Shown one piece after another: positions 18,250 to 29,438 of a DNA stretch of 64,000 nt. The stretch comes from Candidatus Enterousia sp. (GTDB lineage Bacteria > Pseudomonadota > Alphaproteobacteria > Rs-D84), in the NCBI GenBank assembly GCA_045617905.1, contig JAZLJO010000014.1, positions 516 to 64,515 on the forward strand, written 5' to 3'. How positions within the stretch are numbered: the stretch's first letter is position 1; each line of letters starts with the position of its first letter. The notes under the pieces are model-generated. The model had not been told where the DNA came from and did not search any database. It saw only the letters and a list, made by a program, of their open reading frames with translations. Both the position numbers and the translations under genes were made by a program.

Positions 18250-18762
18250 ATGAAAAAAGAAGAAATTTTTCAAGACTACTTAAAATATATCAAACAATAT
18301 ATTATTGATGAGTATCCAAAATCATATATAAATTCAGACAAAATCGGAAACGGATGGTGTAAAAATTTTAAATATTCTGCAAAAATCGAAAACGGCTTGA
18401 TTGAAAAAACAAAAGTTTTTTTACGTCTTATAAATAATACAGATTTAAATATGTTAAATTTGTTAACAGGTGATATAGCAAACTTTTTGTCTAATTATAC
18501 ATGCAAAAAAAATAAAAACTGTGATTGTTTCGATATCAAATTTAAAGCTGCCCAAGAATTAAAAGAAATACTATTCAATAAAAACACGTACATTCAAACA
18601 TTACATAAATTTCAAAGAAAGCGCAAAATTGCCAAAGCACAAAGTAAAGAAAAGCGTAAAAAATTTGATAAGGCCATAAATACTGTTAAACAAACAAGAG
18701 ATAAAAAATTCAGTCAAGATGTTATTAAAGAGTTTTATGATTCAACAAAACGTAGAAACTAG
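18250..18762 (+). CDS. hypothetical basic protein (paralog pair member 2)
   Basis: 170-aa ORF after a GGAGGT SD, with a Lys-rich C-terminal tail. Paralogous to 17638-18108. Confidence 0.5.
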   Translation: MKKEEIFQDYLKYIKQYIIDEYPKSYINSDKIGNGWCKNFKYSAKIENGLIEKTKVFLRLINNTDLNMLNLLTGDIANFLSNYTCKKNKNCDCFDIKFKAAQELKEILFNKNTYIQTLHKFQRKRKIAKAQSKEKRKKFDKAINTVKQTRDKKFSQDVIKEFYDSTKRRN

Positions 18763-18767
18763 TTAAA

Positions 18768-18797
18768 ATAAAAACCATGTTGTCATGGTTTTTATTT
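18768..18797. terminator. bidirectional hairpin terminator
   Basis: AAAACCATG-ttgt-CATGGTTTT flanked by A/T runs. It overlaps the miaA stop. Confidence 0.7.
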
Positions 18798-19679
18798 TAC
18801 AACCATTTCAATATCATTATCCGTTGGAATGTGTTCTATTGTACAATCAGAATTAAATTGTGTCCGAAACCACGTCCGTTGACGTTTAGCATATTGGTTT
18901 GTCTTTATAATCCAATTTTCAATACATTTTTCATGCGTAATTTCACCACGTAAATATGCACACAACTGCCCTGCCCCAATGGCTCGATTGGGATCCCATC
19001 CGGTCATTATAATATTATGCGCCTCTGCAACGGCACCACCAGATAACATTTGTGGAATACGTTTTACAATGCGTTCACGCAATAAATCCGCCGGTGGATT
19101 TATTAATATTTTATATGGTGTTGGGCTTATTTGCCCCACACGCGGCACCGATTGATACTCTGATAAATGGTGTGATGTTTGAAAAAAAACTTCTAACGCA
19201 CGGGCAACACGTTGTGGATCGGTCGCCACAAAATCGGGGGACAATATTTTACGGGCAGCTTCAATATCAGATTCAACCAATATACGGGCACGTTTACGAT
19301 TTTCCGCACTGATATCTGGCATTGGAGATATACCATTTATAATGGCATTAATATAATATCCCGTTCCACCAACAAAAATTGGAATCCGACCATTTGTACG
19401 TGCAAAATCGTACTCACGACGTGCCATATTTTGATAATCCGCAACACTGATTTGATCCGTTAATGGTAATATTGAAAATAATCTGTATGGCACACCATCA
19501 ATTTCATCCGTAACAGGACGCGTGGCAAACGGGCTGGCCGAAATATTTTCAATACCACGATATATTTGAACACTGTCACAATTTATTATTGTCCCATTTA
19601 TGCGCAACGCCAACCTATGGGCAAAATCAGATTTTCCCGATGCAGTTGGTCCAGTAATAACATATGCATTGTGTATCAT
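18792..19679 (-). CDS. miaA: tRNA dimethylallyltransferase
   Basis: P-loop GPTASGKS, DSVQIYRG, and GGTGYY. Confidence 0.92.
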   Translation of the reverse strand: MIHNAYVITGPTASGKSDFAHRLALRINGTIINCDSVQIYRGIENISASPFATRPVTDEIDGVPYRLFSILPLTDQISVADYQNMARREYDFARTNGRIPIFVGGTGYYINAIINGISPMPDISAENRKRARILVESDIEAARKILSPDFVATDPQRVARALEVFFQTSHHLSEYQSVPRVGQISPTPYKILINPPADLLRERIVKRIPQMLSGGAVAEAHNIIMTGWDPNRAIGAGQLCAYLRGEITHEKCIENWIIKTNQYAKRQRTWFRTQFNSDCTIEHIPTDNDIEMVVK

Positions 19680-19794
19680 TTGCCAAAAATTATAAATGTC
19701 CCGAATATAAATTTCAATTGTAATCTGTAAAAATGTAGTGCATTATATACAGGTCCAATAAAATGGTACAACAAAAAAAGAAAGGATATAAAAC

Positions 19795-20796
19795 ATGTCG
19801 AAAGTAAGAGTTGCTATTAATGGTTTCGGACGCATTGGACGTTTGGTTTTGCGTGCTGCGTTGGAATCAGGTCGTGACGATATAGAATTTGTTGCGGTCA
19901 ATGATTTGGCCCCAGCGGAACAAAATGCATACTTGTTGGAATACGATTCTGTTCATGGAAAATTACCAATGGATGTTAAGGTTGATGGGGAATACATCGT
20001 TGTCGGCAATCATAAAATTAAATGCATTGCAGAACGTGATCCATCAAAATTACCATGGGGCGATTTGAACATTGATGTTGTTATGGAATGCACTGGTTTG
20101 TTCACCGCCGCAGAAAAGGCCCGTGTTCACTTAGATTGCGGTGCAAAACGCGTTTTGGTATCTGCCCCATCTGCGGGTGCCGATAAAACAATTGTATTCG
20201 GTGTTAATCAAGACACATTGACATCTGATGATTTAATTGTTTCAAATGCCTCATGCACCACTAATTGCCTGGCACCCGTGGCTAAGGTTTTAGATGACAC
20301 ATTTGGTGTAATATCTGGATGGATGACAACGGTTCATGCATACACAGGCGACCAACAATTATTAGATAAAAACCACAAAGATTTCCGTCGTGCACGTGCC
20401 GCCGGTCTGTCCATGATTCCAACCAGCACAGGTGCCGCCAAGGCAATCGGTTTGGTATTACCAAATTTAGCTGGCAAATTGGATGGTATGGCAATCCGCG
20501 TTCCAACACCGGATGTATCTGTTGTTGAGTTAGTTGTAAATTTGGAAAAAGATGCAACTGTTGATGCAGTCAATAGTGCAATGCGTGCCGCACAATCAAA
20601 AACATTTGGTTATAATGATAAAATGTTAGTATCTGTGGATTTCACACACGATTCACACAGTTCTATATTTGATGCCGGCCAAACAAAAGTTTTGGGTGAC
20701 AAATTGGTTCATGTAACCGCATGGTATGATAATGAATGGGGTTTCTCTAACCGTATGGGTGATACAGCGGTTGCAATGGGACGCTTGATTAAATAA
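19795..20796 (+). CDS. gap: type I glyceraldehyde-3-phosphate dehydrogenase
   Basis: NGFGRIGR, SNASCTTNCLAP (catalytic Cys), and WYDNEWGFSNR. Confidence 0.96.
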   Translation: MSKVRVAINGFGRIGRLVLRAALESGRDDIEFVAVNDLAPAEQNAYLLEYDSVHGKLPMDVKVDGEYIVVGNHKIKCIAERDPSKLPWGDLNIDVVMECTGLFTAAEKARVHLDCGAKRVLVSAPSAGADKTIVFGVNQDTLTSDDLIVSNASCTTNCLAPVAKVLDDTFGVISGWMTTVHAYTGDQQLLDKNHKDFRRARAAGLSMIPTSTGAAKAIGLVLPNLAGKLDGMAIRVPTPDVSVVELVVNLEKDATVDAVNSAMRAAQSKTFGYNDKMLVSVDFTHDSHSSIFDAGQTKVLGDKLVHVTAWYDNEWGFSNRMGDTAVAMGRLIK

Positions 20797-20814
20797 TTAT
20801 CATTTCTTAACAAA

Positions 20815-20846
20815 AAAGATGGATTTACAAAAATCCATCTTTTTTT
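20815..20846 (+). terminator. rho-independent terminator after gap
   Basis: AAAGATGGATTT-acaa-AAATCCATCTTT followed by TTTT. Confidence 0.85.
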
Positions 20847-20887
20847 ATGTTCAACAATAAATTTGAATTACTTTTCCAAAAACACGA

Positions 20888-23284
20888 TTATTTTTTTATA
20901 ACAAAGTTCACCAATTTATTTGGTACAACAATTGTTTTTATAATTTCCGCATTTTCCAATTTCTTGGCTACGACCACAGTTGCGGTTTGAATAATTTCCT
21001 GTTCGGTGGCTGTTGCAGATATATCAAAATCTGCTGCACGTTTACCATTAACAGACGCAACAATTGTAACCGTGTGTTTTACCAATTTCGATTCATCATA
21101 CGTTGGCCATGGATTAAATACCAACATATCTTTATTACCCAATTTTTCCCACATTTCTTCGGTTAAATGTGGCACAAATGGATTCATTAACTGAATCAAT
21201 GTTGCATATGCAATCCGTGGCATTTTACCAGAAAATTGATTAAAAAATTCCATCATTGCAGAAATAGCTGTATTAAAACTCATATTTTCAATACGATCTG
21301 TTACATCTGCAATTAATTGATTAACCAGACGTTCCTGTTCGGCATCCATCAAATCATCAGACAAATTATCTGACATATTTTCAACACGTTTCAAGAAACG
21401 TTGAACCCCTGCCAGCGCACCTTCAGACCAATTTGCATTTTGGTTCCACGGCGCTAAAAATAAAATTGTCATACGGCATGCATCTGCCCCTGCACGGGCA
21501 ACAACATCTGAACTGGGCACAGTATTTCCCAATGATTTAGACATTTTTCGCCCATCAGGTGCCATAATTAACCCCTGGGTTGTACGACGTTGATACGGTT
21601 CTGGATTTGGCACCAGCCCCAAATCAAATAAAACTTTGTACCAAAAACGCGAATATAATAAATGACGGGTATTATGTTCATTACCACCATTGTAATGATT
21701 TACCGGCATCCATTTTTCCATCTGTTGACGCGAACAAAATTCTGAATCATTTTTTGAATCTAAGTACCGCAAATAATACCAAGACGACCCCGCCCATTGG
21801 GGCATAGTATCCGTTTCGCGTTTCGCAGTCCCCCCACAACATGGACATGTCGTATTAACCCAATCCGTGGCACGTGCCAATGGTGATTCTCCTTCTTCGG
21901 TTGGTCGATAATTTTCAATACGTGGTTGCAATACAGGTAAACAATCGTCAGGTACAGGAACCCAACCACATTTTTCACAATATACCAATGGGATTGGTTC
22001 ACCCCAATACATCTGACGTGAAAATGGCCAATCTTTCAATTTATATTGTTTGGCGGCATGTGCAAATCCCCCCTGTTCGCCGACACGAATTGCGGCGGCA
22101 ATTGCATCCGATTTATTCATCCCATTCATAAAATCGGAATTAATATGTTCACCATCGCCTTCCCACACACTATCAGGTTCACCACCAGATAACACCGGAA
22201 TTATATTCAAACCAAAACGCTTTGCAAAATCCCAATCACGTTTATCATGTGCAGGCACCGCCATAATTGCACCATGCCCATAATCACCCAATACATAATC
22301 CGCAATAAAGACCGGAATTTCTTTTCCTGTATACGGATTTTTCGCCATAATACCTTCTAATTTTACCCCTGTTTTTTCACGTGTAACATCTGTTCGTTCA
22401 ATTTCAGATTTTGCCTTTGCGGCACAAATATATGCACGGACGGCATCGGCATTTTGTATTTTTCCATTCTTCAACCATTTAGCAACTAATTTGTGTTCAG
22501 GTGCCAAAACAGTAAATGTAACACCAAATATCGTATCAACACGTGTTGTATAAACGGTCATTACATCATCACCAACCATAAAATCAACATCGGCACCATA
22601 TGAACGGCCAATCCAATTTATCTGTTGTGTTTTGATATGTTCAGAATAATCAACCAAATCCAAATCTTCAATCAATCTGTCAGCGTATTTGGTCATTGCC
22701 AAATTCCACTGCATTTTCATTTTCTTTTCAACCGGTCCATGACACCGTTCACATTTACCATCTTCTAATTCTTCGTTGGTCAATGTTGTTCGACAATTTG
22801 GGCACCAATTCATTGGCATTTCAGACTTGTATGCTAGTCCTGCCTTAAAGAACTGAATAAATTGCCATTGAGTCCATTTAATATATTCAGGGTCCGATGT
22901 TGCCAATTTAGATTCTGGATTAAAAGACATTCCCATAACACTGATATCTTTTTCAAACAATTGAATCAATTTTGCAACAGAATCACTGGGATGCAATCCA
23001 CACTTTGTTGCATATTTTTCCGCAGAAATTCCCATAGAATCATAACCAATTGGAAACAAAACATCAAATCCCTGCATACGGCGAAAACGTGCCCGCACAT
23101 CCATTCCTGTATATGGCAACATATGACCAACATGCAGTCCACTGCCCGATGGAAACGGGAATTCAATCAAATTATAATATGTCGGTTTTGACCCATCATT
23201 TTTCGGAACAAACGCACGTGCATCACGCCAACGTTTCTGCCATTTTGATTCACGATCATGAATTTTCGTAATATCATCTGCCAT
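20888..23284 (-). CDS. leuS: leucine--tRNA ligase
   Basis: The HIGH-class motif (GLHVGHML) and KMSKS (RKMSKSLGN). Start moved to ATG 23284 (MADDITKIHDRESKWQKRW), which is preceded by the AGGGGTG SD. Confidence 0.96.
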   Translation of the reverse strand: MADDITKIHDRESKWQKRWRDARAFVPKNDGSKPTYYNLIEFPFPSGSGLHVGHMLPYTGMDVRARFRRMQGFDVLFPIGYDSMGISAEKYATKCGLHPSDSVAKLIQLFEKDISVMGMSFNPESKLATSDPEYIKWTQWQFIQFFKAGLAYKSEMPMNWCPNCRTTLTNEELEDGKCERCHGPVEKKMKMQWNLAMTKYADRLIEDLDLVDYSEHIKTQQINWIGRSYGADVDFMVGDDVMTVYTTRVDTIFGVTFTVLAPEHKLVAKWLKNGKIQNADAVRAYICAAKAKSEIERTDVTREKTGVKLEGIMAKNPYTGKEIPVFIADYVLGDYGHGAIMAVPAHDKRDWDFAKRFGLNIIPVLSGGEPDSVWEGDGEHINSDFMNGMNKSDAIAAAIRVGEQGGFAHAAKQYKLKDWPFSRQMYWGEPIPLVYCEKCGWVPVPDDCLPVLQPRIENYRPTEEGESPLARATDWVNTTCPCCGGTAKRETDTMPQWAGSSWYYLRYLDSKNDSEFCSRQQMEKWMPVNHYNGGNEHNTRHLLYSRFWYKVLFDLGLVPNPEPYQRRTTQGLIMAPDGRKMSKSLGNTVPSSDVVARAGADACRMTILFLAPWNQNANWSEGALAGVQRFLKRVENMSDNLSDDLMDAEQERLVNQLIADVTDRIENMSFNTAISAMMEFFNQFSGKMPRIAYATLIQLMNPFVPHLTEEMWEKLGNKDMLVFNPWPTYDESKLVKHTVTIVASVNGKRAADFDISATATEQEIIQTATVVVAKKLENAEIIKTIVVPNKLVNFVIKK

Positions 23285-23346
23285 ATTTATCACCCCTGAT
23301 TTTTTATTCAAATTTTATATAAAATATTCATTGTTTCAAGGCAATT

Positions 23347-25131
23347 TTACATTTTCCCCGCTACAATATCATGAAATATTTCTGCCGGTACTGTTCCGCC
23401 AGTTATTTTTGATGACATTGGTGTAAAATCATCATTTCCAACCCAAACACCAACCACCAAATCTTTTGTTGCACCAACAAACCATGCATCACGATTCCCA
23501 TTACTGGTCCCCGTTTTTCCACCCAAAACCCCGGCACCTGCAGCACGTTTACCAGTTCCCCCATTACGAATAACATCTGATAATAAATCTGACATATATT
23601 CAACCGTTTGTGGCATCAACACCTGTATGGGATCGGATGGATTGCGTTCATACAACACGCGACCTGCGGGATCAGTAATTTTTGTAATTGAATATGGACG
23701 TACAGATTGTCCATCATTCCATATAACTGCGTATATTGTTGTCAAATCCAACAAAGACATTTCAGATGCCCCCAATACAGTTGAATATTCACGTCGCAAT
23801 TGTGTTCCAACCCCCAATCTGCCGGCCATATCCAGCACGGTATCAATTCCATATTCATTTGTTAATTTTAATGGGACAGAATTAACACTTTTCGCAAATG
23901 CCGTTGCCAATGTTATATCACCATAATATCGCTGATTGTAATTTTTGGGGTTATAATCCCCGATTGCAAATGGCGAATCATTTACATATGTTGACGGTGT
24001 TAATCCATGTTCCAACGCAACCAAATATACAACCGGTTTAAATGTACTGCCCGGTTGACGCATTGCCAAAGCACGATTAAATTGACTGTTTTGATAATCG
24101 GCACCACCGACCATCGCCCGCACCGCACCATCACGCGACATAGCAACCAAGGCCCCTTGGTATTTATCAACATGCCCTGGTAATATTTTTGCCGCAGCGG
24201 CCTGTAATTTCATATTCATTGTTGTATAAACTAATAAATCAGAATCCATTACACCGATACGTGATTTAACTTCATCCATGACAAAATCAGTCCAATATCT
24301 ATAAATATTTGTATCAGGCATTGATACCGCCGCCCCCAATTCACGGGCAGCAATTCGTGCCTGATTTATGGTAATATAATTTTGCCGAACCATTTCTTGC
24401 AATACAACACGTGCACGTGCAATGTTTTTTTCAGGATTTCTAATTGGACTGTATGTTGTTGGTGCCTTTAACATTGCGGCTATTTGTGCGGATTGTGCAA
24501 TCGTTAATTTGTTGGCTGATTTATTAAACATTACCCGCGCCACGGCATCAATGCCACGCATTCCACCAACCAATGATACACGGTTCATATACAAATCCAA
24601 AACCTGATTTTTATCAAATCTGTTTTCCAACCAATATGCTAATATTAATTCCTGAATTTTGCGTGACACCTTTTTTTCTCGTGATAAAAATATGTTTTTT
24701 ACTGTTTGCTGGGTAATAGATGATCCACCTGCCGCCAATCGACCATGAATTAAATTCGCAACCACTGCCCGTAAAATTCCACGCATATCAATTGGCCCAT
24801 GTGAAAAAAAACGTTTATCTTCTATTGCAATTATTGCCTGCCACACATGGGGTGGCAACGTATTAACAGAAACAGGTGTCCCCATTATTCGGTTTGAACT
24901 GCGAATTTCATTTCCATTTTTATCCAAAAATATTATCGCTGGTTGACGGGTTTCATGTAACACAGTATCCAATGAAGGCATTTGCAAAAAAATAATCAAC
25001 ACATATATCGCGCAAATTGCAATACACAACATCAATAAATTGATTAACACACCAAATACACGCCACCGCAGTTTGCGTTTTTTGGGTGCATTTTTTTCAT
25101 TATTTTTATCCTGCCTGCAAATTTGCGCCAC
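23347..25131 (-). CDS. class A penicillin-binding protein (glycosyltransferase GT51 plus transpeptidase)
   Basis: N-terminal TM segment, GT51 motifs (EDKRFFSHGPID, GGSSITQQ, RKIQE), and transpeptidase motifs STFK, SVN and KTGTS. Confidence 0.88.
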   Translation of the reverse strand: MAQICRQDKNNEKNAPKKRKLRWRVFGVLINLLMLCIAICAIYVLIIFLQMPSLDTVLHETRQPAIIFLDKNGNEIRSSNRIMGTPVSVNTLPPHVWQAIIAIEDKRFFSHGPIDMRGILRAVVANLIHGRLAAGGSSITQQTVKNIFLSREKKVSRKIQELILAYWLENRFDKNQVLDLYMNRVSLVGGMRGIDAVARVMFNKSANKLTIAQSAQIAAMLKAPTTYSPIRNPEKNIARARVVLQEMVRQNYITINQARIAARELGAAVSMPDTNIYRYWTDFVMDEVKSRIGVMDSDLLVYTTMNMKLQAAAAKILPGHVDKYQGALVAMSRDGAVRAMVGGADYQNSQFNRALAMRQPGSTFKPVVYLVALEHGLTPSTYVNDSPFAIGDYNPKNYNQRYYGDITLATAFAKSVNSVPLKLTNEYGIDTVLDMAGRLGVGTQLRREYSTVLGASEMSLLDLTTIYAVIWNDGQSVRPYSITKITDPAGRVLYERNPSDPIQVLMPQTVEYMSDLLSDVIRNGGTGKRAAGAGVLGGKTGTSNGNRDAWFVGATKDLVVGVWVGNDDFTPMSSKITGGTVPAEIFHDIVAGKM

Positions 25132-25270
25132 AAAAAATCCTTTTGATAAATTATATCACAAAGTACGCAACATACCAAAACATCCACGTAAAAATTTGTA
25201 TAAACAGCGATTATTCTTGATTTAAAAATTCATGACTCGGTAACCTGCACAAAAAAATTAAACCAATAAT

Positions 25271-26341
25271 TTATTTTTTTATACCAGAACCACTGATTAC
25301 AGTTTTAGAACGCCAAATTAATATCCCAAATAACCTTATATCACATTGAACCTTGTTATATGAAATCGTAATTACATTAAACAATCCAAACAAACGACAT
25401 TTTTTTGAATAAATACGTAATGCCTGAATCACATCAATAACACCCTGAACGTCACCATTTGCCAACGCTAAAAACAACCCATTATTATTTTTACGCATTT
25501 TTTCCAAAAATTTCATTTTACGAAATAATTTACACATGGCATACGCAACATCCCCAACCCCCTTTACATTTTTATGCAATAATTCATCATATAAAAAACT
25601 GAAATGTCTATATGCCCCACAAACATAATCACCATACGAAACCGACACACTGTTATATATATTTATGTTATATTCCATGGCTTTAACAGCATCAGCAAGC
25701 TTTTTTTCATTAAAAATATCCGAATTCAATGAATCAATTCTACGACAATAATTGTAATAAACACCACGAACAATTCCCAATTCTGTCCGCATTGCACAAA
25801 CAACCATTGTCTCGAAAACCTTATCCTCACAAACCATCAATTTAGGATACCTGATATTTGCTGAATTTAAAAAATCACGCCGATAAATTGCCGTATAATG
25901 ATATTTAAAGTTATGCTTATTTATGCGTAAATCACGCATTGAACGATTTGGATCTATACGAATCTTTCCATCAACCTCGAATACACGCAGCTGGCCACAG
26001 GCAACATCTAAATTACCGGTATCGGCACATCGGACCAAGCGTTCAAAAAAATATTCGTCCACAAAATCATCTGGATCAACAAAACCGATATATTCGCCAC
26101 GTGCTGCGTCAATACCACGATTACGGGCAACGGCCACACCCTGATTTTTTTTATTTTCAATAACACGCACACGTAAATCGGCACGTGCCCACATTTTTAA
26201 AATATCCAGTGTTCCATCTGTTGATTTATCATCAACACAAATAATTTCAATATCACGTAATGTTTGGTTTGATATACTTCGCATTGCCCGATCAACGTAT
26301 GGGGCAACGTTATAGCACGGAACAATTACAGACAATTTCAT
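25271..26341 (-). CDS. family 2 glycosyltransferase
   Basis: LSVIVPCYN, DDKSTDGT, and DPDD (DxD). Confidence 0.8.
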   Translation of the reverse strand: MKLSVIVPCYNVAPYVDRAMRSISNQTLRDIEIICVDDKSTDGTLDILKMWARADLRVRVIENKKNQGVAVARNRGIDAARGEYIGFVDPDDFVDEYFFERLVRCADTGNLDVACGQLRVFEVDGKIRIDPNRSMRDLRINKHNFKYHYTAIYRRDFLNSANIRYPKLMVCEDKVFETMVVCAMRTELGIVRGVYYNYCRRIDSLNSDIFNEKKLADAVKAMEYNINIYNSVSVSYGDYVCGAYRHFSFLYDELLHKNVKGVGDVAYAMCKLFRKMKFLEKMRKNNNGLFLALANGDVQGVIDVIQALRIYSKKCRLFGLFNVITISYNKVQCDIRLFGILIWRSKTVISGSGIKK

Positions 26342-26342
26342 A

Positions 26343-27302
26343 TTAAAAAACCTTTAAAAACAACCATAAAATTAAACGTTTTCGCAATGACAAATATTTT
26401 GTCGGGAACACACGTGTTCCGTATATTGGCCGCAACATATCCGCAACCTGATGCATCATTCGTCCAAAACCAATCGATTTATAAACCGTTTCCTGCAACA
26501 CCAATAAACCATATCCCTTATAAAACCATTTTTGAAACACGGGATGATAATATTTATCCATAATTTCACGTAACCTGTATAACGTCGGTACCATCCACGC
26601 AAATTTTTCCTGGTTAAAATCCGTACGCGATATACAATTTTGTGAAAAACGATGATATACCACCATTGTTGTCGATTCAACTATACGCGGTGCATGTGGA
26701 ATAATTTCAAACATGAAACATGTATCCTCGCCCGGGTACAATTTTTCATCAAAACGTACATTACCGATACATTCACGCCGGAACAAACGACGCCATACCC
26801 AAACAAAACGATATTGTCCACCCATTTTTGACATTTCAATCATATCATCAACTGTATTTGAAAATAATTGAAATGGCATATTGGCATAATTTATATTATT
26901 TGGACAACGCGACAATGAAAAATCTTCATCAACGATAACCCCACCACCACCGGCAATATCTGCGTGGTTTTGTTCAATTAAATCATATAATACACCAATG
27001 GCCCCGGGGCAAAAACAATCATCTGAATCCAAAAATGTGATATATTTTCCACGTGCCATATCAATACCACGATTACGGGCGGCACTGACCCCGGCATTTT
27101 TTTGAAAATACGCAACAAACCGTTTATCTTTCTTTAACCAACGGTTAATTATTTTTTTACTGTCATCTGTTGAACCATCGTCAATAATAATACATTCAAA
27201 ATCTGTAAACGACTGCGTTGCAACAGATGCCAAACAATCATCTAAATATTTGGCATTATTATAATTTGCAACAATTATTGATATTTCTGGCACCTTTTTC
27301 AT
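26343..27302 (-). CDS. family 2 glycosyltransferase
   Basis: ISIIVANYN, DDGSTDDS, and DSDD (DxD). Confidence 0.85.
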   Translation of the reverse strand: MKKVPEISIIVANYNNAKYLDDCLASVATQSFTDFECIIIDDGSTDDSKKIINRWLKKDKRFVAYFQKNAGVSAARNRGIDMARGKYITFLDSDDCFCPGAIGVLYDLIEQNHADIAGGGGVIVDEDFSLSRCPNNINYANMPFQLFSNTVDDMIEMSKMGGQYRFVWVWRRLFRRECIGNVRFDEKLYPGEDTCFMFEIIPHAPRIVESTTMVVYHRFSQNCISRTDFNQEKFAWMVPTLYRLREIMDKYYHPVFQKWFYKGYGLLVLQETVYKSIGFGRMMHQVADMLRPIYGTRVFPTKYLSLRKRLILWLFLKVF

Positions 27303-27544
27303 AGAATCATTTCCACCATAAATTAAAAAATTCTAACGACAACCAAAGTTTTCGAAATCTTTCGTTGATTAACATTTCTATGTTACTTATTTATTCTTTG
27401 CTTTGCAACATTATACTTTTCTTTTTGCCACAATTTTGTCCGTATAACAATAAAGTTCAGAAATAGTAACTGTCTTTCTATAATACGCTTTGTATTCCGT
27501 CATACCCTATTCTAGCATTTAACAAATCCCATATTTATTACCCA

Positions 27545-27584
27545 ATAAAACAAAATCCAAAGGCGTATTATAATAAACCTTTGG
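27545..27584 (-). terminator. rho-independent terminator after the Cys-rich gene A
   Basis: On the minus strand: CCAAAGG-(14 nt)-CCTTTGG followed by ATTTTGTTTT. Confidence 0.6.
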
Positions 27585-27642
27585 GGTATTATTGCGTTCG
27601 TATCTTTATATTTTCAGTTATTACAAAACGATATACACCATT

Positions 27643-28230
27643 TTATGACGACAACAGATAATAACAACTTGATTTAAAATGATAACTTCCTTTGGCATCG
27701 GAAAAATAAGTCGTCGACGGATAATAACAACTGGCTTGCCCACCATTTCCACTGCTGCTTGGGGTTTTATTATCTTTTTTAGGACAATCGAGACAAGTGG
27801 TTGAGCCTTTGTATTGGCCAGACTCGCAACATGTCCCAGTTGTAGTATCAAAATAAACGGCACAATTAGAATTATTCGTTGTACTGCTGTTTCCTATTGT
27901 ACTCTTCGTACACGTAGATTTAACCAATAAAAAACCAGACCCCCAAGAAGGCGAAGTTCCACATGGCTTTTTTTCTTTCAAAATTTTCTCACTTGCCACA
28001 GAATTGAAACATATATTTCCACCACATAAAGATCCGCTTATAGATCCGTCACCTTTATTTTTCCATGAATGACTTTGAAAAGCATCAGTGTATAACAATG
28101 CGGTTGTCGAATTATTAGAGTTACCGCAACAATAAATAAAACCACTTGAAACATACGCTTCTGCAGCCGCCTGTTGTTCCATACGCAACAACATCATCAA
28201 AGCCATCAATGCCAAACGTCGTAAAAACAT
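27643..28230 (-). CDS. secreted Cys/Ser/Thr/Asn-rich protein, family member A
   Basis: Signal peptide MFLRRLALMALMMLLRMEQQAAAEA. The C-terminal pattern is C..G.Y....C..CP......C...... D.KG.(Y/F).F...C.Y. An AGGGG SD precedes the ATG. Confidence 0.65.
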   Translation of the reverse strand: MFLRRLALMALMMLLRMEQQAAAEAYVSSGFIYCCGNSNNSTTALLYTDAFQSHSWKNKGDGSISGSLCGGNICFNSVASEKILKEKKPCGTSPSWGSGFLLVKSTCTKSTIGNSSTTNNSNCAVYFDTTTGTCCESGQYKGSTTCLDCPKKDNKTPSSSGNGGQASCYYPSTTYFSDAKGSYHFKSSCYYLLSS

Positions 28231-28299
28231 CTTTTCCCCTTATACCACACAATATAAAGGTTATTATATATATATATATATATATCAAGCACAAATTTT
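28173..28299 (-). repeat. shared 5' module, copy A (promoter, TA tract, SD, first 20 codons)
   Basis: Identical to 31376-31506 except for 2 substitutions that I can see and the TA-unit number. Confidence 0.9.
28263..28288 (-). promoter_or_regulatory. putative promoter with a (TA)10 spacer tract
   Basis: On the minus strand: TTGATA (28288-28283), a 14-nt spacer made entirely of TA repeats (tract 28265-28284), and TATAAT (28268-28263). Confidence 0.5.
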
Positions 28300-28395
28300 T
28301 GTGCCATAATCCCAACATCAAAATATATACGATTGAAATTTTTTTTGTTATCATTAGAATAAACATGTTATTAATTTATAATAAAGTAATATTAA

Positions 28396-29373
28396 ATGAG
28401 CAAAGTCAGCATTATTATCCCTGTATTTAATAGCGACAAATGGATATCACGTTGTCTGGACAGTTTAATTAAACAAACATTAACAGATATTGAAATAATA
28501 TGCGTAAATGATGGCAGCACCGATAATTCATTAAAAATTCTGAATAAATATGCCAACAAAGACCCAAGAATTGTCGTAATTTCACAAAAAAATGATAAAG
28601 GCCCTGGCAAGGCCAGGAATGTTGCAATAAAACATTCGACATCACCATACATAATGTTTTGTGACAGTGATGATTGGTATGAACCAAATATGTGTGAAAT
28701 AATGTATAATACAATTACAACCCAAAACATAGACGTTGTTTCATGTCATTGCAGTTTCGAATACGAAAACGCCGATACCAAGAAAAAAGAAATTAGGGAT
28801 AAAATTTATTATAACAAAAATTATGAAGGTAAATTCAAATTAACCGAAAAACAATTTGCAAATACAAACGTATTATTATGGGAAAAAATTTTCCGGGCGG
28901 ATATAATAAAAAAATACGGGATAAAGTTTTTACACCAAAATCCCCACGATGATGACAGTTTTTGGTTTGAATATGCAGCGGTTGCAAATAACATTTATTA
29001 TATCAAAGAAAAATTATATCACTATTTTGTCCGTATTGGTTCTATCATGAGCAAAAAACTTAATAAACAAGAAGACCCATATTGTAAATTTGCCATTGCA
29101 GACCATGTTTTAGATTTTTATATTCAACATTATAAAAATGTTACCCATCGTATGTTAACCAGTATTATACAATGTTATTATGTTTTGACATTAAATGATC
29201 TGATACAGGATGGAAAAGAAAACGAAATTAACGATTTAATTTCAAAAATAAATACCAAATTAGAAAACATCAACATTCCATACAGATTGACCATGTTAAA
29301 AAATAAAGTTCAAATTATAAAATTAGAACACAATCAAAAATATTCTTACCGTCCTGATTGGGAATACATGTAA
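28396..29373 (+). CDS. family 2 glycosyltransferase
   Basis: VSIIIPVFN, NDGSTDNS, and DSDD (DxD). Confidence 0.85.
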   Translation: MSKVSIIIPVFNSDKWISRCLDSLIKQTLTDIEIICVNDGSTDNSLKILNKYANKDPRIVVISQKNDKGPGKARNVAIKHSTSPYIMFCDSDDWYEPNMCEIMYNTITTQNIDVVSCHCSFEYENADTKKKEIRDKIYYNKNYEGKFKLTEKQFANTNVLLWEKIFRADIIKKYGIKFLHQNPHDDDSFWFEYAAVANNIYYIKEKLYHYFVRIGSIMSKKLNKQEDPYCKFAIADHVLDFYIQHYKNVTHRMLTSIIQCYYVLTLNDLIQDGKENEINDLISKINTKLENINIPYRLTMLKNKVQIIKLEHNQKYSYRPDWEYM

Positions 29374-29438
29374 TTTTTAAACATATAATATTGAAAAATT
29401 TAATTTTAAATTTAATATAAAGCGTATGGGGTAATAAA

